In this document: positions 56,050-64,000 of the stretch, one piece after another | Numbering within the stretch: position 1 is the stretch's first letter | Layout of the letters: every line of letters begins with the position of its first letter | Source of the DNA: Candidatus Shapirobacteria bacterium | Lineage (GTDB): Bacteria; Patescibacteriota; Microgenomatia; UBA12405 | Reading direction: 5' to 3' | DNA: 64,000 nt | Assembly (NCBI GenBank): GCA_016188545.1 | Contig: JACPHO010000002.1 | Location: 64,013 to 128,012 of the forward strand | Program-made: the position numbers and the translations under genes | The notes under the pieces: model-generated | Told to the model about the DNA's origin: nothing | What the model saw: the letters and a program-made list of their open reading frames with translations, nothing else | The model's database searches: none

Positions 56050-56886
56050 ATGAGAAAAATGTGGATCTTTGTGTGGTTTTTGTGTCTAGGGTCTTTGAGT
56101 ATAAGTGCTGATGCCATTGAACGGATCAAGGTGTCACCAACAGCAACAATGACCGCAATAATGGAAACAGCTGTGGGGGAGTCAACACATCCAGTAGTAA
56201 AGATTGAGAAATGGAATGGTTTAAATACAGTAAAAGTAGCTTCAAAAGTGGCCATGAGTCGGGGGGTGTCTGAGATCACCATAGTATTGTTGCTACTTCT
56301 ACCACTTCTAGCCACCTTAATATCGGTACTCCACTATATATTTGGCTTTTCTGGATATGGAATTTTTATACCATCAATGATTGCGGTAGCATTCTTGGCT
56401 ACTGGGGTGACAGTTGGTCTGCTTTTATTTGCAATGATTTTAGTAATGTCACTTCTTAGTAATGTGATGTTGAGAAGGTTCCGACTACATTTTTGGCCAT
56501 CAAGAGCGATTAACCTGGTGTTTATATCATTGGGAACTTTGGGACTGATGTTGGTGATGTCATATGTTCCGATGGCGGAGATGAGTAAAATTTCTATTTT
56601 CCCGATACTACTAATGGTATTGTTATCAGAGGAATTTGTGAGAACTCAATTGGCTAAGAGTCGAAGTGAAGCTAAGAAGTTGACTTTGGGAACACTAATT
56701 TTGGCCGGGGTGGGAGCGGGAATGATGAGTGTAAGAGAGGTTCAAGAAGCGGTACTTTCGTATCCAGAATTGTGTTTGTTTACTGGACTCTTGATAAATC
56801 TTTTAGTCGGGAACTATAGTGGAATTAGATTGTCAGAAATAAAAAGGTTTGGAAAAGCTATTCGAAAGAAGGGAAGTATGAAGTAA
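56050..56886 (+). CDS. Polytopic (7TM-like) membrane protein with ~80-aa extracytoplasmic N-terminal domain
   Basis: Signal peptide MRKMWIFVWFLCLGSLSISADA, then about 7 TM helices. Directly upstream of the ATP-grasp cluster. 7TM proteins are known companions of RimK-like ligases. Confidence 0.45.
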   Translation: MRKMWIFVWFLCLGSLSISADAIERIKVSPTATMTAIMETAVGESTHPVVKIEKWNGLNTVKVASKVAMSRGVSEITIVLLLLLPLLATLISVLHYIFGFSGYGIFIPSMIAVAFLATGVTVGLLLFAMILVMSLLSNVMLRRFRLHFWPSRAINLVFISLGTLGLMLVMSYVPMAEMSKISIFPILLMVLLSEEFVRTQLAKSRSEAKKLTLGTLILAGVGAGMMSVREVQEAVLSYPELCLFTGLLINLLVGNYSGIRLSEIKRFGKAIRKKGSMK

Positions 56887-56912
56887 GATTTATGATTTAT
56901 GAATAGAACAAA

Positions 56913-58310
56913 ATGTTTGGAATTAACCTTAAACAATATAGACAATTTTTGACTAAAAATGAGCGGAATAAGGTATATCTAAGAAAAAACAGCTCATTAG
57001 GTAGAGCAATCGCAGATAGTAAGCATAGAACAAAGATACTTTTAGGAAAGGCTGGTGTGGGTGTACCAGCGTTAATAAAGAGATTCAGAGACAGCTTCGA
57101 GGTGGAGAAATTTAAATGGGAAAAATTAGATGGTAATTTTGTAGTTAAACCGGTATCAGGATATGGGGGGGAGGGAATACTGATAATTAGAAAAATCCTA
57201 AATCCTAAATCCCAAGTCCAAAATAAAGAGACGAGGTGGCAAATGATGGATGGGAAAATAATCTCGGAATCAGGAATAAAAAACCACTGTCAAGACATAT
57301 TAGCTGGAAAATACAGTCTACATGGCATGCCAGATACAGTACTAGTAGAAGAACGAATAAAAATTCATCCAATGTTTTTGGCGATTACAAAGTCGGGGAC
57401 TCCAGATATTAGAGTTATTGTTTATAACAAGGTACCAGTGATGGCGATGTTTAGAATTCCAACTGAAAAAAGTAAGGGTAAAGCAAACCTGCAACAAGGA
57501 GCGATGGGTCTTGGGGTAGACCTGGCAACTGGAATTACCACTTTTGGAATTGAGGGAAAAAGTGAAGAGATAAAAAAATTATATGACAGTGGTAAGAAGA
57601 AGTGGATTAAAGTCAATGGAATTAAAGTACCTTTGTGGAGAGAAATACTTGAAACAGCGGTAAATTGTCAGAAGGCAATACCAGGGCTGGGGTTTTTGGG
57701 AGTGGATGTGGTGTTGGATAAAGAAAGGGGCCCCATGGTGTTGGAGGTAAATTCGCGTCCGGGGTTGTCAATTCAAATATGTAACAAAGCTGGATTAAAA
57801 CAGAGAATGGAGAAGGTGGATGATATCGACGTGAGAAGTACAAACCATGCAGTGACTTTGGCAAAGTATTTGTTTGGTGAAAGTTTTTTTGAAAAGGTAG
57901 AGCAGAAGGAAAAAATAAAAACAGTGGAGCCTTTGGAAACAATTAAAGTAAAAATTCCTAAGGGATTTCGACCGGAACTGAGTAAAAGTCCGATTTTACG
58001 CATGGGTAAACATCGAGTGGTAGAAGTGAGGGCGAAAATTGATACAGGAGCGTTTAGAAGTTCGATTGATGTAGTCTTGGCTGAAAAGTTGGGTTTACTC
58101 CAAGATAATCGGGTACTATATTATCGACATTACCGATCATCCCTGGGGAAAAATAAAGATCGACCAGTAGTGGGAGCAACTTTTTGGCTAAATGGTAAAA
58201 AGGTAACTACGGCGGTAAACGTAGCCGATAGAGCAAAATTGAGGACAAAATTTCTCTTAGGTCGAAAAGACTTGGAGGGTTTTCTTATTAGTGCAAAAAG
58301 AGAAAAATGA
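56913..58310 (+). CDS. Alpha-L-glutamate-ligase-related ATP-grasp enzyme fused to a C-terminal retropepsin-like (DTGA) aspartic protease domain
   Basis: ATP-grasp motifs VKPVSGYGGEGILIIRK and VLEVNSRPGLSIQ. C-terminal VRAKIDTGAFRSSIDVVLAEKLGL carries the D-T-G-A aspartyl-protease signature. Contains an in-frame (AAATCCT) repeat encoding KILNPKSQ. Confidence 0.65.
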   Translation: MFGINLKQYRQFLTKNERNKVYLRKNSSLGRAIADSKHRTKILLGKAGVGVPALIKRFRDSFEVEKFKWEKLDGNFVVKPVSGYGGEGILIIRKILNPKSQVQNKETRWQMMDGKIISESGIKNHCQDILAGKYSLHGMPDTVLVEERIKIHPMFLAITKSGTPDIRVIVYNKVPVMAMFRIPTEKSKGKANLQQGAMGLGVDLATGITTFGIEGKSEEIKKLYDSGKKKWIKVNGIKVPLWREILETAVNCQKAIPGLGFLGVDVVLDKERGPMVLEVNSRPGLSIQICNKAGLKQRMEKVDDIDVRSTNHAVTLAKYLFGESFFEKVEQKEKIKTVEPLETIKVKIPKGFRPELSKSPILRMGKHRVVEVRAKIDTGAFRSSIDVVLAEKLGLLQDNRVLYYRHYRSSLGKNKDRPVVGATFWLNGKKVTTAVNVADRAKLRTKFLLGRKDLEGFLISAKREK

Positions 58311-58334
58311 TTTATGATTTAAGATTTATGATAT

Positions 58335-59345
58335 ATGAATAAAACAAAAAAACAGACAAAGGTAGCATTATTTTTTGGAGGAATGATAAGTCAACACTTG
58401 GTAATGATCCGTAAGGCAGCTAAAAAATTAGGAGTGGATCTTGACTTGGTTTCCTACAACAGAGTCTGTTTTGACAGTCAGGAAAAAAGAGTAAAAATTC
58501 GGGGAAACTTGGGAAGATGGGGGAGTGCTGAGGAATGGATCAACTTGGGAGATTATGACGTTCTTTTTTTTCGGACAACCGGAAAACACTGGGAAGAAGT
58601 AGATTTGGTGGTTAAAGAGGTGAAACAGATGAATGGTAAAAAACCAGTGATTGTTGATCCAATCATTTTAAATGGAAAACCCTCAATGGCTTGCAAAGCA
58701 TACCAAATGTTGGCACTGGGTGAAGCAGGGATTGATGTACCAAGAAGCATTTATGGAAGTTTGTGGTATTTATACGATACAATGAAAGAAATATCCAATA
58801 ACCAAATTTCAAGAAACAAACAATTACCAATATCCAAATTTCAATTTCCAATAATAATTAAAGGGTCAGGAGGAGATCGGGGGACAAGAGTATTTAAAGC
58901 AGACAACTTAGGAAAAATGGAAATTTTGGTAAGAGATTTACGAAAAACTGAAACAGAAGAAGGCAAGAGATATATGTTGCAGGAATTTATTCCAAATGAT
59001 GGGGATTTTAGAGTATTTGTATTGGGTGGAAAAGTGTTAGGAGTGATGAAGCGTTCTGCAAAGCAGAATTCAACAGAATTTAGAAATAATTATAGCGCGG
59101 GTGGAAGTGTTGAAGTGGCGGAATTACCGGTGGAAATAAAACAATTGGCGGTAAAAGCGGCTAAGGCATGCGGTCTGGCTGTGGCTGGTGTTGACGTGGC
59201 TTTTAGAAATAACGATCGAAGCCGACCGGTAATCTGGGAAGTAAACAAAGGGCCACAGTTTAAGGGGTTTATGGAAGCGACTGGGATTGATGTACCGAGA
59301 GAGATAGTTAAATATTTAGTTAGCTTACGTGATAATTCTCAATAA
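58335..59345 (+). CDS. RimK-family ATP-grasp ligase
   Basis: FRVFVLGGKVLGVMKRSAKQNSTEFRNNYSAGGSVEVAELP…CGLAVAGVDVAF…PVIWEVNKGPQFKGFMEATGIDVPREI matches the RimK core (fRv.V.ggk…R.NlhrGG…GvD…lEvN.sPg). Confidence 0.75.
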   Translation: MNKTKKQTKVALFFGGMISQHLVMIRKAAKKLGVDLDLVSYNRVCFDSQEKRVKIRGNLGRWGSAEEWINLGDYDVLFFRTTGKHWEEVDLVVKEVKQMNGKKPVIVDPIILNGKPSMACKAYQMLALGEAGIDVPRSIYGSLWYLYDTMKEISNNQISRNKQLPISKFQFPIIIKGSGGDRGTRVFKADNLGKMEILVRDLRKTETEEGKRYMLQEFIPNDGDFRVFVLGGKVLGVMKRSAKQNSTEFRNNYSAGGSVEVAELPVEIKQLAVKAAKACGLAVAGVDVAFRNNDRSRPVIWEVNKGPQFKGFMEATGIDVPREIVKYLVSLRDNSQ

Positions 59346-59347
59346 TC

Positions 59348-59397
59348 TTTTTTCTCGCTAGTCAATGTGCGGCGCATGTTGAAGGCTTCGAAAAAAA
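59348..59397. repeat. Conserved hairpin-forming intergenic element, copy 3
   Basis: TTTTTTCTCGCTAGTCAATGTGCGGCGCATGTTGAAGGCTTCGAAAAAAA. A single C-to-U change in the inner stem (G-C becomes G-U) relative to copy 2. Starts 3 nt after the RimK-like stop codon. Confidence 0.6.
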
Positions 59398-59436
59398 TAT
59401 TTTCGAATTATTACTTTTTATTAATATATATAGTAT

Positions 59437-60348
59437 ATGAACAAAAAAATCGTTACATTTACAATGTCTTTGAAGCAAAGCCAGTTTGAGGTGAATCGAC
59501 TTGAGGAAGAGGCTAATAAGCTGGGAGTGGAAGTAAACCGAGCGTTATACCGAGACTTAAGATTTGATCTAAAGAACGAAAAGCCACGAGTATTGGTTAA
59601 GGGAGAGGAAGTTACAATGGAGAATACTATAGGAATGTGGTTTAGGGTGGCAGGGACAGTTAGTGGAAAATACACCGAGGGTAGAAATTTGGCGATAAGA
59701 ATGTTAAAGAATAGAATATTTTGTGCCAATCATGCGGGATACTTGGAATGGACAAGAATGGGAAAGATTAGTCAGCATGGGGTGTTTTTGGGGAGTGGGA
59801 TACCAATCGTACCAACTAAAGTTATCTATTCAAGAGCACAAATTATAGAACTTAGAGATGAAATGGAGAGAGATTGGGGGTTTCCAATAATTGCTAAACA
59901 CGAGAGGGGTTATCAGGGGAAGAGTGTAAAAAAGTTCGACAATGCAAAACAAATGGAAAAGTGGGCAAATAAAATTCAAGAGAAAAACCTAGGTATGTTT
60001 TTATGGCAAAAATTTTTGCCAACCAGATGGGATATTCGGGTAATAGTTCTGGATGGTAAAGCTATGGGAGGAATGAAAAGATCGGCTGTTGGAAACGAGT
60101 TCAGAAGTAACTACAGCTTGGGTGGAGAAGTTCAAAAATGGGAATTATCAACTGCCGACTCTGAATTGGCGGAAAAAGTGGCTAAAATTTGTGGTCTAGA
60201 TTATTGTGGGGTAGATATTATGAAAGATGAGAGCGATAAAAGTTACATTCTGGAAGTTAACCGACAATGTCAATTCAAAGGTTTTGAAGAGTCTACTGGC
60301 ATTAATGTGGCCAAACTAGTAGTTGAAATGTTCATGAAAAGAGCATAG
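59437..60348 (+). CDS. RimK-family ATP-grasp ligase (second paralog)
   Basis: IRVIVLDGKAMGGMKRSAVGNEFRSNYSLGGEVQKWEL…CGLDYCGVDIM…SYILEVNRQCQFKGFEESTGINVAKLVV. Confidence 0.75.
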   Translation: MNKKIVTFTMSLKQSQFEVNRLEEEANKLGVEVNRALYRDLRFDLKNEKPRVLVKGEEVTMENTIGMWFRVAGTVSGKYTEGRNLAIRMLKNRIFCANHAGYLEWTRMGKISQHGVFLGSGIPIVPTKVIYSRAQIIELRDEMERDWGFPIIAKHERGYQGKSVKKFDNAKQMEKWANKIQEKNLGMFLWQKFLPTRWDIRVIVLDGKAMGGMKRSAVGNEFRSNYSLGGEVQKWELSTADSELAEKVAKICGLDYCGVDIMKDESDKSYILEVNRQCQFKGFEESTGINVAKLVVEMFMKRA

Positions 60349-60357
60349 ATTAATTGT

Positions 60358-61218
60358 ATGAGGAAAAGTTTGTTGATTACTTACTTGGTTTTGACGGTGG
60401 TTTTTGGTTTTAATTCGAGGGTGATGGCGGTAGGTGAACCAGCTAAAGAAGGTCAATTGTGTGGTGGAATTGCAGGGATAATCTGTGCTAGTGGATTGAC
60501 ATGTAAATATTCGAACAATACTGGAGTGGACAGAAGTGGGGTGTGTGTTAGAGTCTTAACTCCGACACCAAGAAGACCAGCCCAAGAAGGTCAATTGTGT
60601 GGTGGAATTGCAGGGACAATCTGTGCTAGCGGATTGAAGTGTGAAATGAATCGGTGTGGAGATGGTGGTCAGAAGTGTCCTGATGGATCCGGGGTATGTG
60701 TGAAAATGGCAACGCCGACACCAGTTAGGTTGGCGCAGGAAGGACAGGTGTGTGGTGGCATATCTGGGATAATGTGTGCCAGTGGACTAACTTGTAAATA
60801 TTCGAGTAATACAGGAACAGATAGAAGTGGGGTATGTGTGAAAAGTGTGGCGAAGGTAACTCCAACTTGTGTACCCAGACCAGCATGTTTGGACTTACCA
60901 AATCCATGTCGAATGCCGGAATTACCAGAATATTGTCGAAAACCGAGAGTAACTCCAACCTGTGTTCCAAGACCGGCGTGTTTGGATTTACCAAATCCAT
61001 GTCGAATGCCGGAATTACCAGAATATTGTCCAAAGAGAGGGGTGAAAGGTGACGCTAATGGTGATAGTAAAGTTGATCTGGCGGATTTTTCTATTTGGAA
61101 GAAAGAGTATATAGGTGAGATAAAGACAAAGAGAGCTGATTTTAACGGTGATAGTAAAGTTGATCTGGCGGATTTTTCTATTTGGAAAACTGGTTATTTA
61201 GTTAATATTAAAAAATGA
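60358..61218 (+). CDS. Secreted Cys-rich repeat protein with C-terminal dockerin-type double repeat
   Basis: Signal peptide. Four copies of a ~34-aa module (EGQLCGGIAGIICASGLTCKYSNNTGVDRSGVCV). Two near-identical VTPTCVPRPACLDLPNPCRMPELPEYC modules. C-terminal DANGDSKVDLADFSIWK twice (Ca-binding dockerin pattern). Confidence 0.6.
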   Translation: MRKSLLITYLVLTVVFGFNSRVMAVGEPAKEGQLCGGIAGIICASGLTCKYSNNTGVDRSGVCVRVLTPTPRRPAQEGQLCGGIAGTICASGLKCEMNRCGDGGQKCPDGSGVCVKMATPTPVRLAQEGQVCGGISGIMCASGLTCKYSSNTGTDRSGVCVKSVAKVTPTCVPRPACLDLPNPCRMPELPEYCRKPRVTPTCVPRPACLDLPNPCRMPELPEYCPKRGVKGDANGDSKVDLADFSIWKKEYIGEIKTKRADFNGDSKVDLADFSIWKTGYLVNIKK

Positions 61219-63209
61219 AAGGAATACTGAAAATATTGTCGATGGTGATCTTATTGGCTGCTCTGGTTGGGGCGGGTATTTTGGTAAAAAATAACCAAGA
61301 AACAAGGAGGGGAGCTGCGGCGAGTGAGACTAGTACTCAGATATTGCCGGATAAAGTAACGGCTGGAGTGGGGAAGTCGATTGGGGTTCAGTTGTGGGTT
61401 AATACGGGTAAAGTGACTGATAAATTAACTGGGACAGAATTAAAAGTCTCATATGACTCAAAAATGTTGAAGTTTACAGGGTTTACAGCGGCATCTAGTG
61501 ATTACACACTAATTAACGACCCTGGGACGATGGCGGCTAATACTGGAGTGGTTGATGTGCGGATGGTGGCAATGGGCGTTGAGAAAGGGGGGGCGATCAA
61601 TTTAGGAAAGTTGAGTTTTTCAGTTTTGACCAGTGATAGTGGAAAAGTGGTAGTAATGCCAGGAAGTAAGTTAATGATTTCAGGTCAATCAGCAACATGG
61701 GATGTAGCAAAAAATAATCCAAGTGATATATCAACTGGTGGAGTTACTGCAACAAAAATACCCACCAAGATTCCGACTGTGGGACCAAGTGTTATACCAA
61801 CTGTGTCGGCTGGTCTTTGTGGTTGGTGTGGAATAAATTGCCAGAGACTAGATCCTTTGGCTGACTGTCCTGCTATAGCTTCACCGGTGGGTAAGGTATG
61901 TAAAGAAGTGAGAGGAAGCTGTGTAGTCCAAAATAAATTAGCACAAGAGGGAGAGTTGTGTGGTGGGATAGCAGGAATAATGTGTGCCAGTGGACTAACT
62001 TGTAAATATTCGAGTAATACCGGAGCGGACAGAAGTGGGGTGTGTGTGAAGACAACATCTCCAACTCCGACAGGACAAGTAGCAAGGTGTGGTTGGTGTG
62101 GAATAAATTGTCAGAGACTAGATCCTTTGACTGACTGTGTCGCAATGGCGCCTCCGGCGGGAAAGGTGTGTCGTGAAGTAAGTGGAAGCTGTAAGATATT
62201 ACCTAATATAACGCCAACTCCGGTGGCGACATGTGGACAAAGATGCACAACAAATGCCCAGTGTAAGGGAGGACTGACATGCTCACCAATTTGGTGGCCA
62301 TGCGGTACAATGCCTTCAGTTGAGGTGATGGCCAAACTACAGGCAAGTGAAGGTTTAAGTAAAATACTGGTTGCCCAGATGATTAGAGAGTGTCCGGCTG
62401 TCAAGTCGGTTTTGCCAACTGGATATGCTGGAATGACACTAGTCAAGATGCCAACTTTTTACGGTGTTTGTCGAAATCCTAAGTGTACGTCGAGTCTAAC
62501 TTGTGGTTGTGGTTTAGGAGTAACGCCAACACCAACGATTAGACCAGGTGAGAATATTGGTACATATAGTATGCAATTTTCTAGGACACAAATGACAAAA
62601 GGAGAAGAGGTAATGTTGAATTTGGCGGCAGATGTGGGCGGTAATAGAAAAATATCAGCTGTTAACGTCAAGATAAATTATGGCGGAGCAAATTTTGATG
62701 TAGTTGATATTCAACCTGAAGGGAGAGGGGTTGAAGTTAAAAAAATAATTGATCCTGTGGCAGGAACGATAACACTGTATTACACCTGGAGCTTGCCGGC
62801 TGATAGATTGTTTAATCGGTATACAGTGGCGAATATTAAATTGAAAGCCAAATCTGCAGGTGTAGTAAGTGCGACTTTTGATTCAAGTTATAAGCATGAG
62901 ATATCAGGGCTTGATGAAAATGGTCGGAGCGTTGGTTTTAAAGTAGCTACTTATAGCAGTGGACCAGTGTCGATAACTGATGGCACGCTTGTTTGTAAGC
63001 AATGTGCCGATTCAGCAAGCAAATCGAAAGGTGATGCTAACTGTGATGGTCAAATAAACTCGGTTGACTTTGAGATATGGCGGAGTGAAATGTTTGATCA
63101 AGGTGGCTTAGCTGGTGATACAAAATCGACATGGATGGCTGACTTTAACTGCGACCTTAAGGTCAGTGGTATTGATTTTGAGATCTGGCGGAAGACAGTG
63201 TTTCAATAA
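61215..63209 (+). CDS. Large secreted Cys-rich repeat protein with C-terminal dockerin-like repeats
   Basis: Signal peptide. Shares the LCGGIAGIMCASGLTCKYSSNTGADRSGVCV module at near-identical DNA sequence with the upstream gene. Repeated CGWCGINCQRLDPL(A/T)DC modules. C-terminal DANCDGQINSVDFEIWR and DFNCDLKVSGIDFEIWR. Confidence 0.6.
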   Translation: MKGILKILSMVILLAALVGAGILVKNNQETRRGAAASETSTQILPDKVTAGVGKSIGVQLWVNTGKVTDKLTGTELKVSYDSKMLKFTGFTAASSDYTLINDPGTMAANTGVVDVRMVAMGVEKGGAINLGKLSFSVLTSDSGKVVVMPGSKLMISGQSATWDVAKNNPSDISTGGVTATKIPTKIPTVGPSVIPTVSAGLCGWCGINCQRLDPLADCPAIASPVGKVCKEVRGSCVVQNKLAQEGELCGGIAGIMCASGLTCKYSSNTGADRSGVCVKTTSPTPTGQVARCGWCGINCQRLDPLTDCVAMAPPAGKVCREVSGSCKILPNITPTPVATCGQRCTTNAQCKGGLTCSPIWWPCGTMPSVEVMAKLQASEGLSKILVAQMIRECPAVKSVLPTGYAGMTLVKMPTFYGVCRNPKCTSSLTCGCGLGVTPTPTIRPGENIGTYSMQFSRTQMTKGEEVMLNLAADVGGNRKISAVNVKINYGGANFDVVDIQPEGRGVEVKKIIDPVAGTITLYYTWSLPADRLFNRYTVANIKLKAKSAGVVSATFDSSYKHEISGLDENGRSVGFKVATYSSGPVSITDGTLVCKQCADSASKSKGDANCDGQINSVDFEIWRSEMFDQGGLAGDTKSTWMADFNCDLKVSGIDFEIWRKTVFQ

Positions 63210-63224
63210 TAGTTAAACAAGAAC

Positions 63225-63710
63225 ATGACTAAATTAATAGTAATAGTGTTGGTAGTAATAGTGTTGGGGGGGGGTGTAATTGCTAGGTATATGATTCGAC
63301 CTGAGGAAGTGGAGATGAATCAGGTTAATGAGCTGGTTGAAAGCGGGGCGATGGCGGTGGTTGAGGGAAGCGAATTAAGAATAAATGTAGCAAAAAAAAT
63401 ATCAATGGTTGATATAACAGTAAAGTTGTCTGAAGGTGTGATTGGTGGATTTGAGACGAATAAGGAGGTGTTTAATTCCGAGTTGTTGAATAGTGTAGGG
63501 GAGGATGGCAGTTTACATCTAGTTCTGGGGATCATGAAAGCAACAAATGAGTTGCCTGACGGTGATATTTTGGTGGGGAAGTTGGTTAATAGCGATGAAC
63601 CTAATGGACAGATTGAGGTGAGTGGAAAAGTAACTGTATCGTCGGATGGCGATAGTCCACCGAGTGAGGTGGAAGTTGGTACAGGAGGAGTAAATGATGC
63701 AGGTGAGTAG
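63225..63710 (+). CDS. Membrane-anchored hypothetical protein
   Basis: N-terminal TM helix (LIVIVLVVIVLGGGVIA). Acidic Gly/Val-rich soluble part. Confidence 0.4.
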   Translation: MTKLIVIVLVVIVLGGGVIARYMIRPEEVEMNQVNELVESGAMAVVEGSELRINVAKKISMVDITVKLSEGVIGGFETNKEVFNSELLNSVGEDGSLHLVLGIMKATNELPDGDILVGKLVNSDEPNGQIEVSGKVTVSSDGDSPPSEVEVGTGGVNDAGE

Positions 63711-64000
63711 AGTCTGGTTGATGATAAACTTGGTCTGGGGATTAGGGTGGATACTGACTTTTCCGGGACAGATTGAGGCCTATTTGGGGAAGGTTGAGGG
63801 ATATATGAGTCCATCGACAGAGGTGTTAAACGTTGGCGAGAAATTGTCAACCAAGGTAATGTTGAATACAGGATCAAGTAAATTATCAGTAGTCTATCTT
63901 AATTTACAAATCGACACTTCAAGATTGAAGGTGACAAGTGTTATCGTAAATAGAAATGTATTTTCAGGCGTGTACATGGAGAAAGAAAGTGGCGGAGTGG
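63694..64000 (+). CDS. 5'-partial CDS (N-terminus of a hypothetical secreted or membrane protein, runs off the window end)
   Basis: ATG at 63694, then MMQVSRVWLMINLVWGLGWILTFPGQIEA… open to the end of the window. Confidence 0.3.
   Translation, partial: MMQVSRVWLMINLVWGLGWILTFPGQIEAYLGKVEGYMSPSTEVLNVGEKLSTKVMLNTGSSKLSVVYLNLQIDTSRLKVTSVIVNRNVFSGVYMEKESGGV

Noticed and set aside
56913-60348. Idea that the ATP-grasp cluster is a graspetide/microviridin-type RiPP locus.
   Set aside because: No small precursor ORF with a conserved Thr/Ser…Asp/Glu core or leader is visible in the spacers (58311-58334, 59346-59436, 60349-60357). The enzymes resemble RimK-type protein/peptide-tail ligases, so the RiPP idea is kept only as a remote possibility.
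60725-61033. 102-aa minus-strand ORF inside the Cys-rich dockerin gene, and 60834..61052 on the plus strand.
   Set aside because: Generated by the perfect tandem DNA duplication (60858-61040). The sense frame encodes the repeated Cys-rich modules with a signal peptide.
1-64000. Search for CRISPR arrays, rRNA, tRNA or an integrase/transposase.
   Set aside because: No regularly spaced direct repeats with unique spacers. No tRNA-like T-arm (GTTCGAATCC-type) motif in the larger spacers (37222-37440, 38653-38988, 46727-47066, 55902-56049). No recognisable integrase or transposase catalytic motifs. An HMM or tRNAscan run would be needed to be certain.

Overview
This 64-kb window appears to span a chromosomal replication origin of an AT-rich, small-genome bacterium. 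It contains rpmH-rnpA-yidD-yidC-jag on the + strand and dnaA-dnaN on the - strand. TTATCCACA-type DnaA boxes sit upstream of dnaA and in the dnaA-dnaN spacer, and coding-strand bias switches near 31.9 kb. Several traits are reminiscent of CPR/Patescibacteria-like or Gram-positive-like lineages, but that is inference only. These are a stand-alone 5'-3' exonuclease, DUF4012, Wzx and GT4 envelope genes, dockerin-tailed Cys-rich secreted proteins, and a Gram-positive-style type IV secretion module. Five things stand out.

(1) The left end carries a copper-export locus. It has a BlaI/CopY-family repressor, a sensor-less M56 (BlaR1-like) peptidase, an HMA-DsbD/CcdA-like-cupredoxin fusion, a cupredoxin protein, a CopZ chaperone, and a CopA P1B-ATPase with an unusual ~300-aa C-terminal extension.

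(2) A type IV secretion/conjugation-like system is split in two. At 18.5-27.6 kb are a PrgI/VirB3-like protein, a VirB4 ATPase with a Pro-rich tail, and a giant membrane hydrolase with a C39-like papain-fold domain. At 50.5-55.9 kb are a VirB6-like polytopic protein, a secreted protein and six tandem VirB2/TrbC-like pilin paralogs. No relaxase or coupling ATPase is visible.

(3) A GC-richer islet at 27.6-28.9 kb encodes a transglutaminase-like (Cys-His-Asp) enzyme and a small partner.

(4) A cluster of three RimK-type ATP-grasp ligases, one fused to a retropepsin-like domain, lies with a 7TM-like membrane protein next to two Cys-rich repeat secreted proteins with dockerin repeats.

(5) Short AT-rich repeats recur throughout. 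(AAAAGT)n encodes the hydrophobic cores of signal peptides on the opposite strand. (AAAATTC)n and (AAATCCT)n sit in-frame inside unrelated CDSs (trxB, a Zn-ribbon protein, an ATP-grasp gene). A conserved ~50-nt hairpin element with compensatory base changes occurs three times just after + strand stop codons.

No rRNA, tRNA or CRISPR array was recognised by eye.
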